A stretch of DNA of 64,000 bases. It comes from Raja brachyura (taxonomy: Eukaryota). The notes under the pieces were generated by a model. The model was not told where the DNA came from and did not search any database. It saw nothing but the letters and a program-made list of their open reading frames with translations. Shown one piece after another: positions 38,425 through 52,068 of this stretch (position 1 is its first letter; each line of letters begins with the position of its first letter). The position numbers and the translations under genes are program-made. The stretch is taken from NCBI GenBank assembly GCA_963514005.1, contig OY740783.1, forward strand, positions 5,642,001 through 5,706,000, given 5' to 3'.

Positions 38425-38702
38425 TATATGGAAACAGGCCCTTCTGCCCACCAAGTCGACACCGGCCGCAATCTATCATACACCAGTTGTATCCTACACG
38501 CCACGGACAATTTACAGAAGCCAATTAACCTACAAACCTGCACTTCTTGCAGATGTGGGAGAAACCGGAATTTCCACAGAAAACCATGTGGTCATAAGGA
38601 GAATGTATAAATACTGTACAGACAGCACCCATAGTCAGGATCCAATCTGGGTCTGTGGTGCTGCAAGGCAGCAACTCTACCGATGTGCCACCGTGCCACC
38701 CC
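38425..38702 (-). mobile_element. tRNA-derived SINE (V-SINE/HE1-like); partial relatives near 14290-14460 and 60560-60660
   Basis: Reverse strand begins ggtggcacggtggcacatcggtagagttgctgcc with A/B-box-like motifs and ends in a LINE-like tail. Confidence 0.65.
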
Positions 38703-40604
38703 ATTATATTATCTTTTCTGTAATATTTATTATGGTGTCACGTCAACAAAGATGAACACATGATTCTAATTCCTGCCCTTAGTTGGATAACACACATCTC
38801 CAGTCATTGTTTTATGGCTGGTTTTCAACCTCTTCAGTCTGAAGGTCTCGACCCGAAACATCACCTATTCTTTCTCTCCAGAAATGCTGCCGGTCCTGCT
38901 GAGTTATTCCAGCTTTTAGTGTCTATATTCAGTTTAAACCACCATCTGCAGTTCCTTCTTACACTCCTTATTAAGCGAAACAGGTCCTATTCTCATAATA
39001 TTATTCACCTCAACTAAGTCTCTTCTTCACCTCTGTTGCTGCAGAGAATACAATTCCAGTTATCAAATCTTTCTTCAAAGTGAAAATAAAAATTCCAGCC
39101 CCGCCAATATGTTCATAAATCGCCCCTGGATCCTCTCCAGAGCAATTGCACCCTTTCTACAGTGTGTCATAGTCTTACAGCATGGAAACAGGCCCTTCAT
39201 CCCAACTTGTCCATGGAGATCAAGATGCCCCATCTAAAGTAGTCCCATTTATCCGCATTTGTCTCAAATCCCTTTAAACTTTGTGTGTGCCAATGTGTGT
39301 GAGAGTGTGGGTCAGTGAAGCGGCGACAACACCCGGAGTGAGCGGAGACTTGGCGATATCCGGGGAGCATTTCCCTCTCTCCCCCCCTCCCCGGGAATGC
39401 GGGCCGGCCCAGGTGCTCTGTGTCCAGCTTGAGTCCAGGGGAGGTGAGGGTCAGTGGCCTGGGGATCTGGGGGAGGTGAGGGACAGTGACCCGGGGGTCA
39501 GGCATCGGAGCGGCGCCTTAGCCCGAGATTCATCCCCGCGGCTCCGGAGGCGGCCCCGATGCCCCCACTCACCCGGTCGGCTCCTGGCTCCGGGCCGGGG
39601 TTAAAACTCCATGTGGTGTGGACAGAGCCGCCGGAGGTGAGGGTGGGAGATGTGAGCGGTGCCTCAGGGGGGGACACGGGGGCAGTGCTGGGACCACCCA
39701 TCTGCACGGGAATGTGAATGCGGGTGAGGCAGCATCTATAGAGCGGTAGATAAAAATCCTGGAGTAATGCTTGAATCTGAAGAAGGGTCAAACTCAGACA
39801 TAGATGCTGCCTCACCCACTGGGTTTCTCCAGCATTTTTGCCTACATTGCCATTTTAAATAGTGTGAGATGGGCTTAAGCCAATAAAATTGCTCGTTCTT
39901 TACGGGGTACCTGCCAACAAAAAACTATTCCCATTGGTGAGTGTGGAGGAGCGTGACTTTATTTATTTATTCATACATTTTTTAAAATATTTTTTTCAGC
40001 GTGAGAACTTCTGCCATCAGCGTGAGTGCGTGAGAATTTCCTCAAACGCGTTAGTCTCACGCTCAGTGTGTGAGAGTTGGCAGCCCTGCCATTGCAGGAG
40101 CACCGAAAAGCGGTCTCCCACCAGGGACCTGCGAGCTCCCTATGTCACTGTCCACCGGACCTGCAGCTGGATCCTCCGCGCTCTGGAGTCGGGTCGCAGC
40201 CGCGCGCCACCACAGCTCTCCATGGCCCGAAGCCGGCCAGCTCCGCGATGGTGAGTCCGCAGGCTCCGCAACTGGAGCGCCCGGGTCATACCGGTTGGAG
40301 GTCGCTCCACGGTGCTAGGCCCCAACGACAACGGGGACCCGACGGGGAAAAGGTCGGGTCACCCGTACAGGGAAGAGATTTAAGCCTAGTCGCTCCATTC
40401 TTTCATCATATTGGCCACGTATATGCAGTCACAAAGAATTTGTCTTGGTGCTCCGCTCGCATTAAGACTAAACCATTAAGAATAAAACATTAAAAAATAA
40501 AATATTAAGAATAAAACATCATAGTTCAAACATGTGAATGAAATAAAATAGCAGAGCAAAAGGAGTTTACAGACTTTTGGTTATTAAGTAGAACTACTGT
40601 TTGT

Positions 40605-43140
40605 GGAAAAAAGCTGTTTTTATGTCTGGCATCCCGGGAATTAACCTGATGAACCTAAGCTGTACTCATTCAATGGCAAGAATGTTCTTCCTCAAATTAG
40701 GAGATAAAATTGCACACCATACTATAGGTGTGGATTCACCAGGGCCCTGTACATCTGCAATGGGACATCCTTGCTCCTATACTCAAATCCCCTCTCTGTG
40801 AAGGCCAACATGCCATTCGCTTTCTTCACTGCCTGCCTAACCTGCACGCTTATTTTCAGTGACTGATGTACAAGGACACACAGGTCTCGTTGCACCTCCC
40901 CTTTTCCTAATCTGACACCATTCAGATAATAATCTACCTTATTTTTCTTGCCACCAAAATGGATAACCTCAAATGTATCCACATTATACTGCATCTACCA
41001 TGCATATGCCTACTGACCCAACATATCCAAGTCACCATGTAGCCTCAAATAGTCCTCCTCGAAACTCACACTACCACCCAGTTCTGTGTCATCCGCAAAC
41101 TTGGAGATGTTAAATTTAATTCCTTCGTCCAAATCGTTTATATAGAGAATACCTGGGGGTACTAGCATTGAGCCTTGAGTCACCCACTAGTCACGGCCTG
41201 TCATTCTGAAAATGGCCCGTTAATTCCTACTCTTTGCTTCCTGTCTGCCAAACAGTTTTCTATCCGTGACAATATCTAACCCCCAATACCATGTGCGCTC
41301 ATTTTGCACACTAATCAATTGTGTGGGACCTTTTCAAAGGGCATTATGTAGTCCAGATACACCACATCCATTGGCTCTCCCTTATTCATTTTCCCTCTTA
41401 CATACTCAAAAAATTCCGGAAGATTAGTCAAGCATGGTTTCCAATTTTTCAAGCATTAATTCAATTTAAAATTTTACATAGACTATATTACTCGAAAACC
41501 AGGTTGAATAAAATATTTCCAAATGTTTCCCCCATTTGTGACAAATGTCTAACTCAAAATGCCACTATAGCACATTCCTTTGTCTCTTGTACAAAACTTC
41601 ATCAATGTTGGAATGAAATCTTCGGAACTTTTACAAAACTATTCAACACAAAATTGAACCCCAATACAGAACTGATTATCTTCAGATCAATGGAAGAGGG
41701 GCGTAATTTAAGTATGTTCCAAGAAGCGCTCTTTAATAATCCAAAAAAACTTATACTTAAATTTTGGAAAAACGTATCCACGCCAATGTTCAAAATGTGG
41801 ATTTCAAATATGACGGAAACGCTACATCTTGAAGAAATTAGATTCCTCCTACTAGGCAAAGTAGACCAATTCTTAAAAGACTTAATCTCCTTTTATCGAC
41901 TTCTTACAAGCATATGGTGCAACATAACATTACCTTAGAAATTAAATGGTTCAGAAACGGGTGATGGATGGGTAAAGATATTAAATAGGTATATCTCTCC
42001 TAATTTCTTTTCTTTCTATTTTCTTTTTCTTTTTCAATCTCCTTAGCTTCTTATCTCTGCTTTTTGTCTCTCTCGTTATCTGTTTCTCCTCTCTTGTCTA
42101 TCTATCTCGACACTCATTATTTTCCTTTTTCTATCACTGCTATTTTATTATTAAATAAAAAATAAGAACTTGTACAAGAATGACAACATGTATGTATGTA
42201 TGTATGTATCAGGTACTACATTATTGTACTTCTAACAAAAAAAAGCAAAAAAAAAAGCATGGTTTCCCCTTCATAAATCCATGCCGATTTTGAGCGATCC
42301 TGTCAGTGCTTTCCAAATGCGCTGCTATAACATCTTTAATAATCGACTCAAATATCTTCCCCACTACCGATGTCAGGCTAACTGGTCTATAATTCCCTGT
42401 TTTCTCTCTCCGAGCTTCCTTAAAAAGTAGGGTTACATCTGCTACCCTCCAGTCCACATGAGCTGATCCTGTGTCTATAGAACATTGGAAAATGATCATG
42501 AATGCATCCACGATTTCGAGGGCCACCTCCTTGAGTTGGTTTGCATGCAGACCATCAGGCTCTGGGGATTTATTTGCCTTCAGTCCCAACAGTTTACCTA
42601 ACAACATTCCCTGACTGATATGGATTTCCTTCACTTACTCCCTCCTACTAGATCCTGGGTCCCCTTGTATTTCTGGGAGAATGTTTGTGTCTTCCTTAGT
42701 GAAGACAGAACCAAAGTATTTGTTTAACTGGTCTGCCATTTTCTTGTTTCCCATTATAAATTAACCTGTTTCTGACTGTAAGGGACCAACATTTGTCTTC
42801 ACTAATATTTTCCTCACAAGCTTCCTTTCATTCTCCACTTTCCCCCTCTTAATTAAACCCTTTGTCCTCTTATGTTAAATTTTAAATTTCTCCCAGTCCA
42901 CCGGTTTGCTGCTTCCTCTGGCCAATTTATCCGCTTTGGATTTAACACTGTCCCCAATTTCGATCGTTAGCCACAGTTGAGCCGCCTTCCCTGTTTTATT
43001 TTTACGCCAAACAGGGGTGAACAATTGTTGCAATTCATCCATACGATCTTTAAATCTTTGCCATTACATACCCATCGTCAAGCCATTAAGTATCACTTGC
43101 CAGTTTATCCTAGCTAATTTCCGTCTCATACTGTCAAAAC
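40605..43140 (-). mobile_element. Degraded CR1 LINE hosting an L1 fragment
   Basis: ORFs 40722..40994 and 42221..42634. Confidence 0.85.
41443..42254 (+). mobile_element. 5'-truncated L1 with poly(A) and a 13-bp TSD
   Basis: LIQFKILHRLY...CDKC...HSFVSC. TSD aagcatggtttcc at 41430-41442 and 42255-42267. Confidence 0.88.
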
Positions 43141-45121
43141 CTGATTCTGTTTGAACACAGTTTTGAACAGTTATGGCACCAGATTCAGACTGCCATGCTT
43201 GAGAGAAGATATTGGAATGTAGCGTTTTTAGACGTGGAAAATGCATTCGGATTTGTACCACATATTAGTAAGATTAAATGAGAACTTACCAGTTTGAAGT
43301 TTGATCTTTATGTTATGAGGAGTTACGATGAGCGATTATGTGAAGAAGGTCGTCAACCCGCATGCGCGTCAATCTTCAAAGCAGCGATGTGAAATCACAG
43401 AAGAACAGTTGTTGACCTAAAATAGTAATATTTGAGCTGACTAGAACTTCCAGAAAGATCTTTATGTTACGAGGGTCGGGAGCGGAGGGCACGTAATCGC
43501 TCATCGTAACGTCTCATAAAATAAAGATCAAACTTCAAACTGGTAAGTTCTCGCTTAATCTTACTATTTTACTTCGGAGTCACGTGAGTGACTACGTGAA
43601 GATTTTGAAGCTCTGTGATTTCATGCCGTGGAAACGAGTCTATGCGTTACACACTGCATCAATTGACCAGGATGAGTGAGAAAGAATTAATGCATTCAAA
43701 CATGACATGGATAAAAATGCTAATGCTTTAATAGCGAAAAGAAAATTAACAGTGACCCCTCTGACCCAGGGGGAAACTGTGAAACAGAACTTAAAACAGA
43801 ATTAGCAAAAGTCCCCGGTCTGGCGATAGGTTTGTTATAAAACCTTTGGTACGTCCGCTCATTAGACCATCCCGCAGCCGCTAGAATGTGGTCGAGAGGG
43901 ACATCCATATCCCTTGCTGCTGACGTCGATGCCACCCTGGTGGAATGAGGTTTAAAAGTGTCAGTGTTCACTCCTGCACATGCCAGAACCTGTTTAATCC
44001 ATTTTGAGATGGTCTGCACTGTAACCTTCCTATGAGGTTTGGTGTAGCTGACGAATAAGGATAGTTCCGAGCCTCAGAGGCTCTTAGTGACCTTAATGTA
44101 TTGTAATATGTGAGATACCACACACAACCGTAGGTCTAAGGGGTAATCCATAAAACTCAATTCTAGCCCCAATATCCCCGGCCTGCTCTGCTTAATGAGA
44201 TCATGAACAAAAAAGGTGATGTGGTCACAAGATGCAACCATGCTGTCCAGTCTAAGTTTATGTAACGTCTGGACCCGTTGAGCTGAGGCCAGCGCCATGA
44301 GCATGACTAAATTGAGTGTAAGATGGTGCAGAGACAGGGATGAAGCTGGTGCCCACTCACGGAGCAGCGTAAGAACCACGCTCACATCCCATATCTGTGA
44401 ATACGTAGGCCTAGGGGGAGCAGAGTTAAAAATGCCCTTCATAAATTTAGTTATTCAGGGATGAGATCCTACAGTGTGATTACCTGACCCCAGCCATAAA
44501 TAAGATGACAAAGCACCCCTAGCACTATTTATGGCACTGTAACTGAGCTTCTGATCATAGAAAAGTGATGAAAGAAACTCCAAAACATTTGTGATGGAAG
44601 CCGTGTCATATGAAATTTTTGAGAGAGAACAGTACATCTCCCATTTCCTTATGTGAGTGAGGTACTGTTTTTGGGTGCTCTTCCTCCAGGCCGCAGTGAT
44701 CACATCTATCGTACGCTCTGAAAGCCCGAGCCCCAGGAACGGTCTCCTCAGAATCGGCAAACCAATACATTTATACGGTCATGAAGAGGATGGCTTTCCC
44801 CTGTCACAGGGTGTACCAGCAGATTTCTGCTCTTGGGGAGAGCCACAAAAGGCTGTGTAATTATAGCTCGGACGAGTGGGAACCAATGCTGAGTAGGCCA
44901 GTCTGGTACAACTAATATGCCAGAAGTGGAGTCTTGCTTGATCTTGGCCAAGCATCAACTGATGAGGCAGAATGGGGGAAATACATACAAATATTTTCCA
45001 CCCAAGTGTAGTGAGAATGCATCAACTGCTACTGCCCCTACGTCTGGCTCCCATGACATGTAATTTGGTAACTGATGATTAAACCTGGATGCAAACAGAT
45101 CAATGTCCGGTACACCATAAC

Positions 45122-48100
45122 ATAGAAACATAGAAAATAGGTGTAGGATTAGGCCAATCGAGCCTGCACCGCCATTCAATATGATCATGGCTGATCATCC
45201 AACTCAGTATCCCGTACCTGCCTTCTCTCCATACCCCCTGATCCCTTTAGCCACAAGGGCCACATCTAACACCCTCTTAAATATATCCAATGAACTGCCC
45301 TCAACTACCTTCTGTGGCAGAGTATTCCAGACACTCACCACTCTCTGTGTGAAAAATGGTTTCCTCATCTCGGTCCTAAAGGAATTCCCCCTTATCCTTA
45401 AACTGTGACCCCCTTGTTCTGGACTTCCCCAACAATCGGAACAATTTTCCTGCATCTGGCCTGTCCAACCCCTTAAGAATTTTGTAAGTCTCTATAAGAT
45501 CCCCCCTCAATCTTCTAAATTCCAGCGAGTACAAGCCGAGTCTATCCAATCTTTCTTCATATGGAAGTCCTGCCATCCCAGGAATCAGTCTGGTGAACCT
45601 TCTCTGCACTCAATACTCCAGGTGTGGCCTCACCAAGATCCTGTACAACTGCACTAGAACCTCCCTGCTCTTGTACTCAAATCCTTTTGCTATGAATGCC
45701 AACATACCATTCGCTTTCTTCAGTGCCTGCTGCACCTGCATGCCTACTTTAAATAACTGGTGTACCATGACACCCAGGTCTCGTTGCATCTCCCCTTTTC
45801 CTAATCGGCCACCATTCAAATAATAGTATACTTTCCTGTTTTTGCCACCAAAGTGGATAACCTCACATTTATCCACATTATACTGCATCTGCCATGCATT
45901 TTCCCAATCACCCAACCTATCCAAGTCACCTTGAAGCCTCCTAGCATCCTTCTCACAGCTAACACTTCCCGCCAGCTTCATGTCATCTGCAAACTTGGAG
46001 ATGTTGCATTCAATTCCCTCATCCAGATCATTAATATATATTGTAAATAGCTGGGGTCCCAGTACTGAGCCTTGCGGTACCCCACTAGTCACTGCCTACT
46101 GCCTACTAGTTACTGAATTTGAAAATGACCTGTTTACTCCTACTCTTTGCTTCCTGTCTGCCAGCCAGTTCTCTATCCACATCAATACTGAACCCCCAAT
46201 ACCATGTGCTTTACGTTTGTATACTAATCTCTTATGTGGGACCTTGTTGAAAGCCTTCTGAAAGACCAGATATAACACATCCACAGGTTCTCCCTTATCC
46301 ACTCTACTAGTTACGTCCTCGAAAAATTCTATAAGATTCGTCAGACATGATTTACCTTTCATAAATCCATGCTGACTTTGTCCAATGATTTCACCACTTT
46401 CCAAATGTACTGCTATCCCATCTTTAATAACTGACTCGAGCATTTTCCCCACTACCGATGTTAGACTAACTGGTCTGTAATTGCCCGTTTTCTCTCTCAC
46501 TCCCTTTTTAAAAAGTGGGGTTACATTAGCTACCCTCCAATCCTCAGGAACTACTCCAGAATCTAAAGTGTTTTGAAAAATTATCACTAATGCATCCACT
46601 ATTTCTGGGGCTACTTCCTTGAGTACTCTGGGATGCAGCCTATCTTTGCCCTGGGGATTTATCGGCCTTTAATCCATTGAATTTACCTAACACCACTTCC
46701 CGGCTAACCTGGATTTCACTCAGCTTCTCCATCTCATTTGACCCCCGGTCCCCTGCTATTTCCGGCAGATTATTTATGTCTTCCTTAGTGAAGACAGAAC
46801 CAAAGTAGTTATTCAATTGGTCTGTCATGTCCTTGTTCCCCATGATCAATTCACCAGTTTCTGACTGCAAGGGACCTACATTTGTTTTAACTAACCTTTT
46901 TCTCTTCACATATCTATAAAAACGTTTACAGTCAGTTTTTATGTTCCTTGCCAGTTTTCTTTCATAATCTATTTTCCCTTTCTCACTGAGTTCCTCACTG
47001 TGATTAACAGGCACTCAGTCTTGACATAATGGATGTCCGAAGGACCCTAAAAGGAGAGAACGCACGAAAAGCGGCAGGCCCTGATAACATACCAGGGCGG
47101 GTGCTCAGGGAATGTGCTGATCAGCTGGCACATGTCCTTATGGACATCTTTAACACCTCGCTGAACCAGGCTGTCGTCCCATCGTGTTTCAAGGCTGCCA
47201 CCATCATACCAGTGCCAAAAAAATCCAATATCCAATGTCTCAACGACTACCGTCCTCTGTAGCACTCACTCCCATAATGATGAAGTGTTTCGAGAGGCTG
47301 GTCAGGGATCATATTACCTCCAGACTCCCCTCCACACTTGACCCATACCAGTTTGCTTACAGGCCAAACCGCTCCACAGAGGACGCTATATCCTCCGTAC
47401 TCCATCTGAGCCTGGAACATCTAAAGGAGAAGAACACTTATGTGCGAATGCTGTTCGTGGATTTTAGTTCAGAATTCAACACAATTATCCCTCAGCACCT
47501 GATAAGCAAACTGGTACCATTGGGCCTCAGCACCCCCATGTGTAACTGGCTACTGGACTTCCTCACTGACAGACGCCAGTCAGTGAGGGTTGGAAATAAC
47601 ACCTCTAACATCATCTCTCTGAGCACCGGCTGAGCATCAGGGCTGTGTCCTGAGTCCACTGCTGTTTACCCTGATGACCCACGACTGTTGTGCCAGGTTT
47701 AGTACAAAGCACATCATGAAGTACGCAGATGACACAACATTGGTGGGCCTCATCCGGGATGACAATGAGCTGGCTTACAGGGAGGAGGTGAAACAACTGG
47801 TGGACTGGTGCAATACGAACAACCTGATCCTGAATGTCAAAAAAACAAAGGAGGTCATCATCGACTTCAGGAAAAACCGGCATAGTCCCACACCACTTCA
47901 CATCAATGACAGAGATGTGGAGGTGGTCAGCAGCACTAAGTTCCTAAGTCAAATAACATCTCATCAACAGTTAAGAGAGCGCAGCAGCGGTTGCACTTTC
48001 TGCGCCGGATGAGAAGAGCTCACCTCCCCCATCCCATCCTCACTACTTTCTACAGGGGCACCATAGAGAGTATTTTGACCAGCTGTATCTCTGTCTAGTT

Positions 48101-48613
48101 TGGGGACTGTAAAGCCTCCGACTGGAAGTCCGTGCAGAGAGTGGTGAGGACAGCGGAAAAAATAATTGGGACTTCTCTCCCCTCAATCGGGGATATTGCG
48201 ACCAAACGTTGCGTGTCTAAGGCCAGCAGTATTATAAAAGACCCCACACATCTCCATCACGGACTGTTCACTCTGCTGCCCTTGGGCAAAAGATATTGTA
48301 GCATAAGGAGCAGAACATCAAGGTTCTGCAACAGCTTCTTTCCACGAGGCATCAGACTCCTGAATGCCATGTAATGGGCTGCTACCATTGTCTATTTTAT
48401 CCTTTTATCCTTTTATCCATTTTTTTTCCATTTTACCCTTTTGTTAATTAACGTGTTGCACAGGGAGCCAAATGCAACGGAATTTCATTTGGAATTGCAT
48501 ATATCAATGTATTTCTAAATGACAATAAAGTTTGTTTGACTTTGACTTTGACTTTCCTAATTAAGCCCTTTGTCCTCATCTGCTGGACTCTGTTTTTTCT
48601 GGCTAATTTGTAA
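45122..48613 (-). mobile_element. CR1 LINE nested in the DIRS element
   Basis: ORFs 45204-47014. The CR1 sequence resumes at ~48556, and the DIRS frame rejoins across ataac repeats. Confidence 0.9.
46983..48555 (+). mobile_element. Rex1/Babar-type LINE nested in the CR1
   Basis: [35 protein letters not shown]; aataaa followed by a (tgactt)n tail. Confidence 0.88.
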
Positions 48614-51051
48614 ATAACGAATGACAATGTCATTAAACACTTCGTGATTCAACATTCATTCCTTGTTGTAATTGAATTGTCGTGACCTGGTGTCTGCCAT
48701 CATGTTATATCTACCTGGTAAGTAGATTGCTGAAACCCAGATATTTCTCGTAATACACCAGTGCCAAATGAGATTAGACAATTTATCACAGGATACAGAC
48801 TTACTTCCACTCATGTGATTAATGTACGCTACTGCTGTAGTGTTGTCAATCAGAAATTGAACATGCACATGATGCATAAAGGTACAATAAGTCTTTAACC
48901 CATAGAGTGCTCCCAACAATTCAAAGTAGTTAATACCATGTGACTGAAGCATCGATGATTCCTGCAGATTCCATCTGCTCCCGCAGCTAGAGGTGGTGTT
49001 GTTAGCACCCCAACCTAGCGCACTGGCATCAGTTTTTAGGATAACTTATGGTGTATCAACTAAAATAGTAATAGAACACTAATAAATATTGGTAACACAC
49101 CATTGTATCTCAGCAATGGCTTCAGCTGGCAACTGCATAGGCCTATCAAAGCAACCTCTATGAAGCTTGAGTGCCTGCTCCTTTGCACGCCGTAAATGTT
49201 GGTAGTGCAAAGGCTCGAACTGAGCAGCTGGGAAAGCAGCCACGAATTTGTCAATTATACTAGCCACATGTCTAATTGAAGGTTGGTTCTTAACAACGAG
49301 ATTTCTGCAGGCTTCGATTAACTCTAATTGCTTGCCCCAATTTGCATTGAGTTAATGGTGAATCCCAAATAATCAATTATCCTAGATGGTACCAATTTAG
49401 ACTTAACTGAATGGATTAGAAAACCCAGTCTCTCAAACATGAGTTTGGTAGCTGACACAGATAATTCAGCTAATTCCAAAGTCTTCCCAATGATTAAGAT
49501 GTCATCCAAATATGCCATGACTATATGATTCTGTGCCCTGAGTACCTCCAGGACTGGTTTTAGCAATTTTGTGAATAGTCTGGGCACTGAGATTAACCCA
49601 TTAGGCAATGCTTTAAACTGCCACAATTGCTCCATCCAGCTAAACTTCAGATATCTCCTGTGGCATTAATGAATGGCCACTGAATAGCAAGCATCTTTGA
49701 GGTCAATGCATGCCATGTAACATCCTTTGGAAACCAGTTGTTTGGCAGTGACAAAGTTTTCCATTTTGAAGTGTTTATACTGCACAAAGTTGTTAAGCTC
49801 AGTTAAATCAAGAATGATTCGACATCCTCCATCCTTCTTTTGCCTAGTAAATATATTGGACACAAACTGGTGAGGCTCATGACTCGACCTCTCAATTACC
49901 CCTTTCTTGAGTAAAGACTCAATTTCCCCTTGTGCACTCACACACTCCTGTTGTGAAAGAAGAAAAGTGCGGCTCGGTGTATGCTGGCTGGGTGGAGACG
50001 AGTCGAAATGGAACTCAATTTGAAAACCTTGTATACTGCGCAGTATAAACGGGTCAGATGTTATCTAATGCCATTCATGTAAGAAAAACTGTAGTCTACC
50101 CCCAACTTGTAACTGATCCATCAAAGATATGTTATGCAAACAACCAGACTCACTTAGTGCTTATCGGCGGTATGGCTTCTGCCCCCGAGATCTGGGGGGT
50201 AGGGCTGTTGGAGAGCGCCATGCGCGCATCTTGCACATGGCCCAGCTTGGGCCCTGCCCTAAAAAAGGCCTCTGTGCCTGCTGCTCGTGACGTCCACCAT
50301 ATCTGGCGGACCGTTTGAAGTGGAGAGGAGGGTAGGGGTACTGTCGCCAGAAAGATGAAATCCTAGGAGGTGCCTTGATAAGGCCGACGGTTTTAGCCTC
50401 CTCATCCATTTCCTTTACCTGCTTAGGCAGGTCTTCCCCGAATAGTAGGTTTAGGGGTTGCACATTCCCCGGCTTGCACAGCCCTGCAAATTTCGGGTTC
50501 AGAGCAGGATGGATGGCATTCTTCCGGAGGCAATTGATTTCAAAATGTGCATTGCACATTAATGCCATCGCATCCTGCTGGGTATCAGAGAGGGGCGCCC
50601 CATCCACTGACCTGGCAAAGGCCGTGATACTTGAAGCAAGTAATTGTAAAACTTTTTGAAGTTTTACTTCCTGGGCTCTGATGCCCCCTCCAATGTGTCC
50701 CCAGATGGAATTGTTCATTGCCGGGACATTGAGTGAGGCACAGTTCAGTGGGGTAATGTATTTGGCAGTAGTTTCTTCCATGGCCTGGTCTTGGAGTTGG
50801 TGAGAGGCCAGGTAATTGATGCTCATGGCCAGTTCTTCTCCCAATGGCTCCCCTGTTAGGGCAGGGATAGCAAATTTGGATGCCATCGGGGTTACTCCCA
50901 GGGTATGGCCCGCATGCCTTGAAGCATGCAGCCCAGCTGTGCCTCCGTACACTGAGTCAGTATAGTACTGGCCTCATACGCTTCCCTCATCAGAGAGGGG
51001 AATATGCTGCCCTGACACAGGTGCTGCTGCCTCGGGTTCCCCGTAATACCC

Positions 51052-51508
51052 GGGCTCAGATAGCATCTCTGGAGAGAAGGAATGGGCGACGTTTCGGGTC
51101 GAGACCCTTAGGCTGATGTCAGGGGAGGGGGTGGGGCAGAGATAGAATGTAGTCGGAGACAATAAGACTGGTGGGAGAACTGGGAAAGGGGAGGGGATGG
51201 AGAGAGGGGGAAAGCAAGGGTTACCTGAAGTTATAGAAGTCAATGTTCACACCGCTGGGGTGTAAACTGCCCAAGCGAAATATGAGGTGCTGTTCCTCCA
51301 ATTTACGGTGGGCCTCACTCTGGCCATGGAGGAGGCCCAGGACAGAAAGGTCGGATTGGGAATGGGAGGAGGAGTTGAAGTGCTGAGCCACCGGGAGATC
51401 AGGTTGGTTAATGCGGACCGAGCGGAGGTGTTCAGTGAAGCGATCGCCAAGCCTATGCTTGGTCTCACCGATGTAGAACAGCTGACACAGAGAGAGAGAG
51501 AGGGAACC

Positions 51509-51539
<31 letters not shown>

Positions 51540-51920
51540 GCTCTCGTCTTACTCCCCATCCCCCTTCTCGTAACAAGGACAGAGTCCCCCATGTCCTCCC
51601 CATCCACCTTACCAGCCGTCACATACAACAGATAATCCTCCAACATTTTGCCACCTCAAATGGGATCCCACCACTGGCCTCGTCTTCCCATTCTCCAATA
51701 TCAGTGGTTTCTCCCTCCTTCCCTTTCCCAGCTCTCTCACAGCCTACTGTTTCTGCCTCTTCTTGTATTTTTCCTGCCCACCCCAATTTCAGTCTGAAGA
51801 AGGGTCTCGACCTAAACAGTCACCGATTCCTTCATAGGTGACCATAGATGCTTCCTCACCTGCTGAGTTACTCCAGCATTTTTGTCTACCTTTGATTTGT
51901 CCAGCATCTGCAGTTCTTTT
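51052..51920 (-). mobile_element. Penelope-like element fragment (GIY-YIG endonuclease C-terminus and terminal repeats)
   Basis: ORF 51221..51646: YIGETKHRLGDRFTEH...VAQHFNS...KLEEQHLIFRLGSL.P.G.N. Confidence 0.85.
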
Positions 51921-51931
51921 GTAAACCACTC

Positions 51932-52068
51932 GGTGGGAGTGTTGACCACAAATTGGACGGGCCTGCAGTGCAGTGGATTACCACATGGTGGGAGTGTTGA
52001 CCACAAATTGGACGGGCCTGCAGTGCAGTGGATTACCACATGGTGGGAGTGTTGACCACATATTGGAT
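51932..52068. repeat. 55-bp tandem repeat, about 2.5 copies
   Basis: ggtgggagtgttgaccaca... at 51932, 51987 and 52042. Confidence 0.9.

Larger units (their letters stand above)
43262..51050 (-). mobile_element. DIRS1-like tyrosine-recombinase retrotransposon (degraded, with nested insertions)
   Basis: gag-like 50161..50952; RT 49324..49941 (DLKDA, AYLDD); RNase H 48656..48952 (HINYFEL, DNTTA); methyltransferase-like (DLFAS, FPPF) 44748-45118; YR 43720..44760 (HSTR, AGWS). Inverted repeat 43267-43342 / 43490-43565 fits ITR/ICR. Confidence 0.92.
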
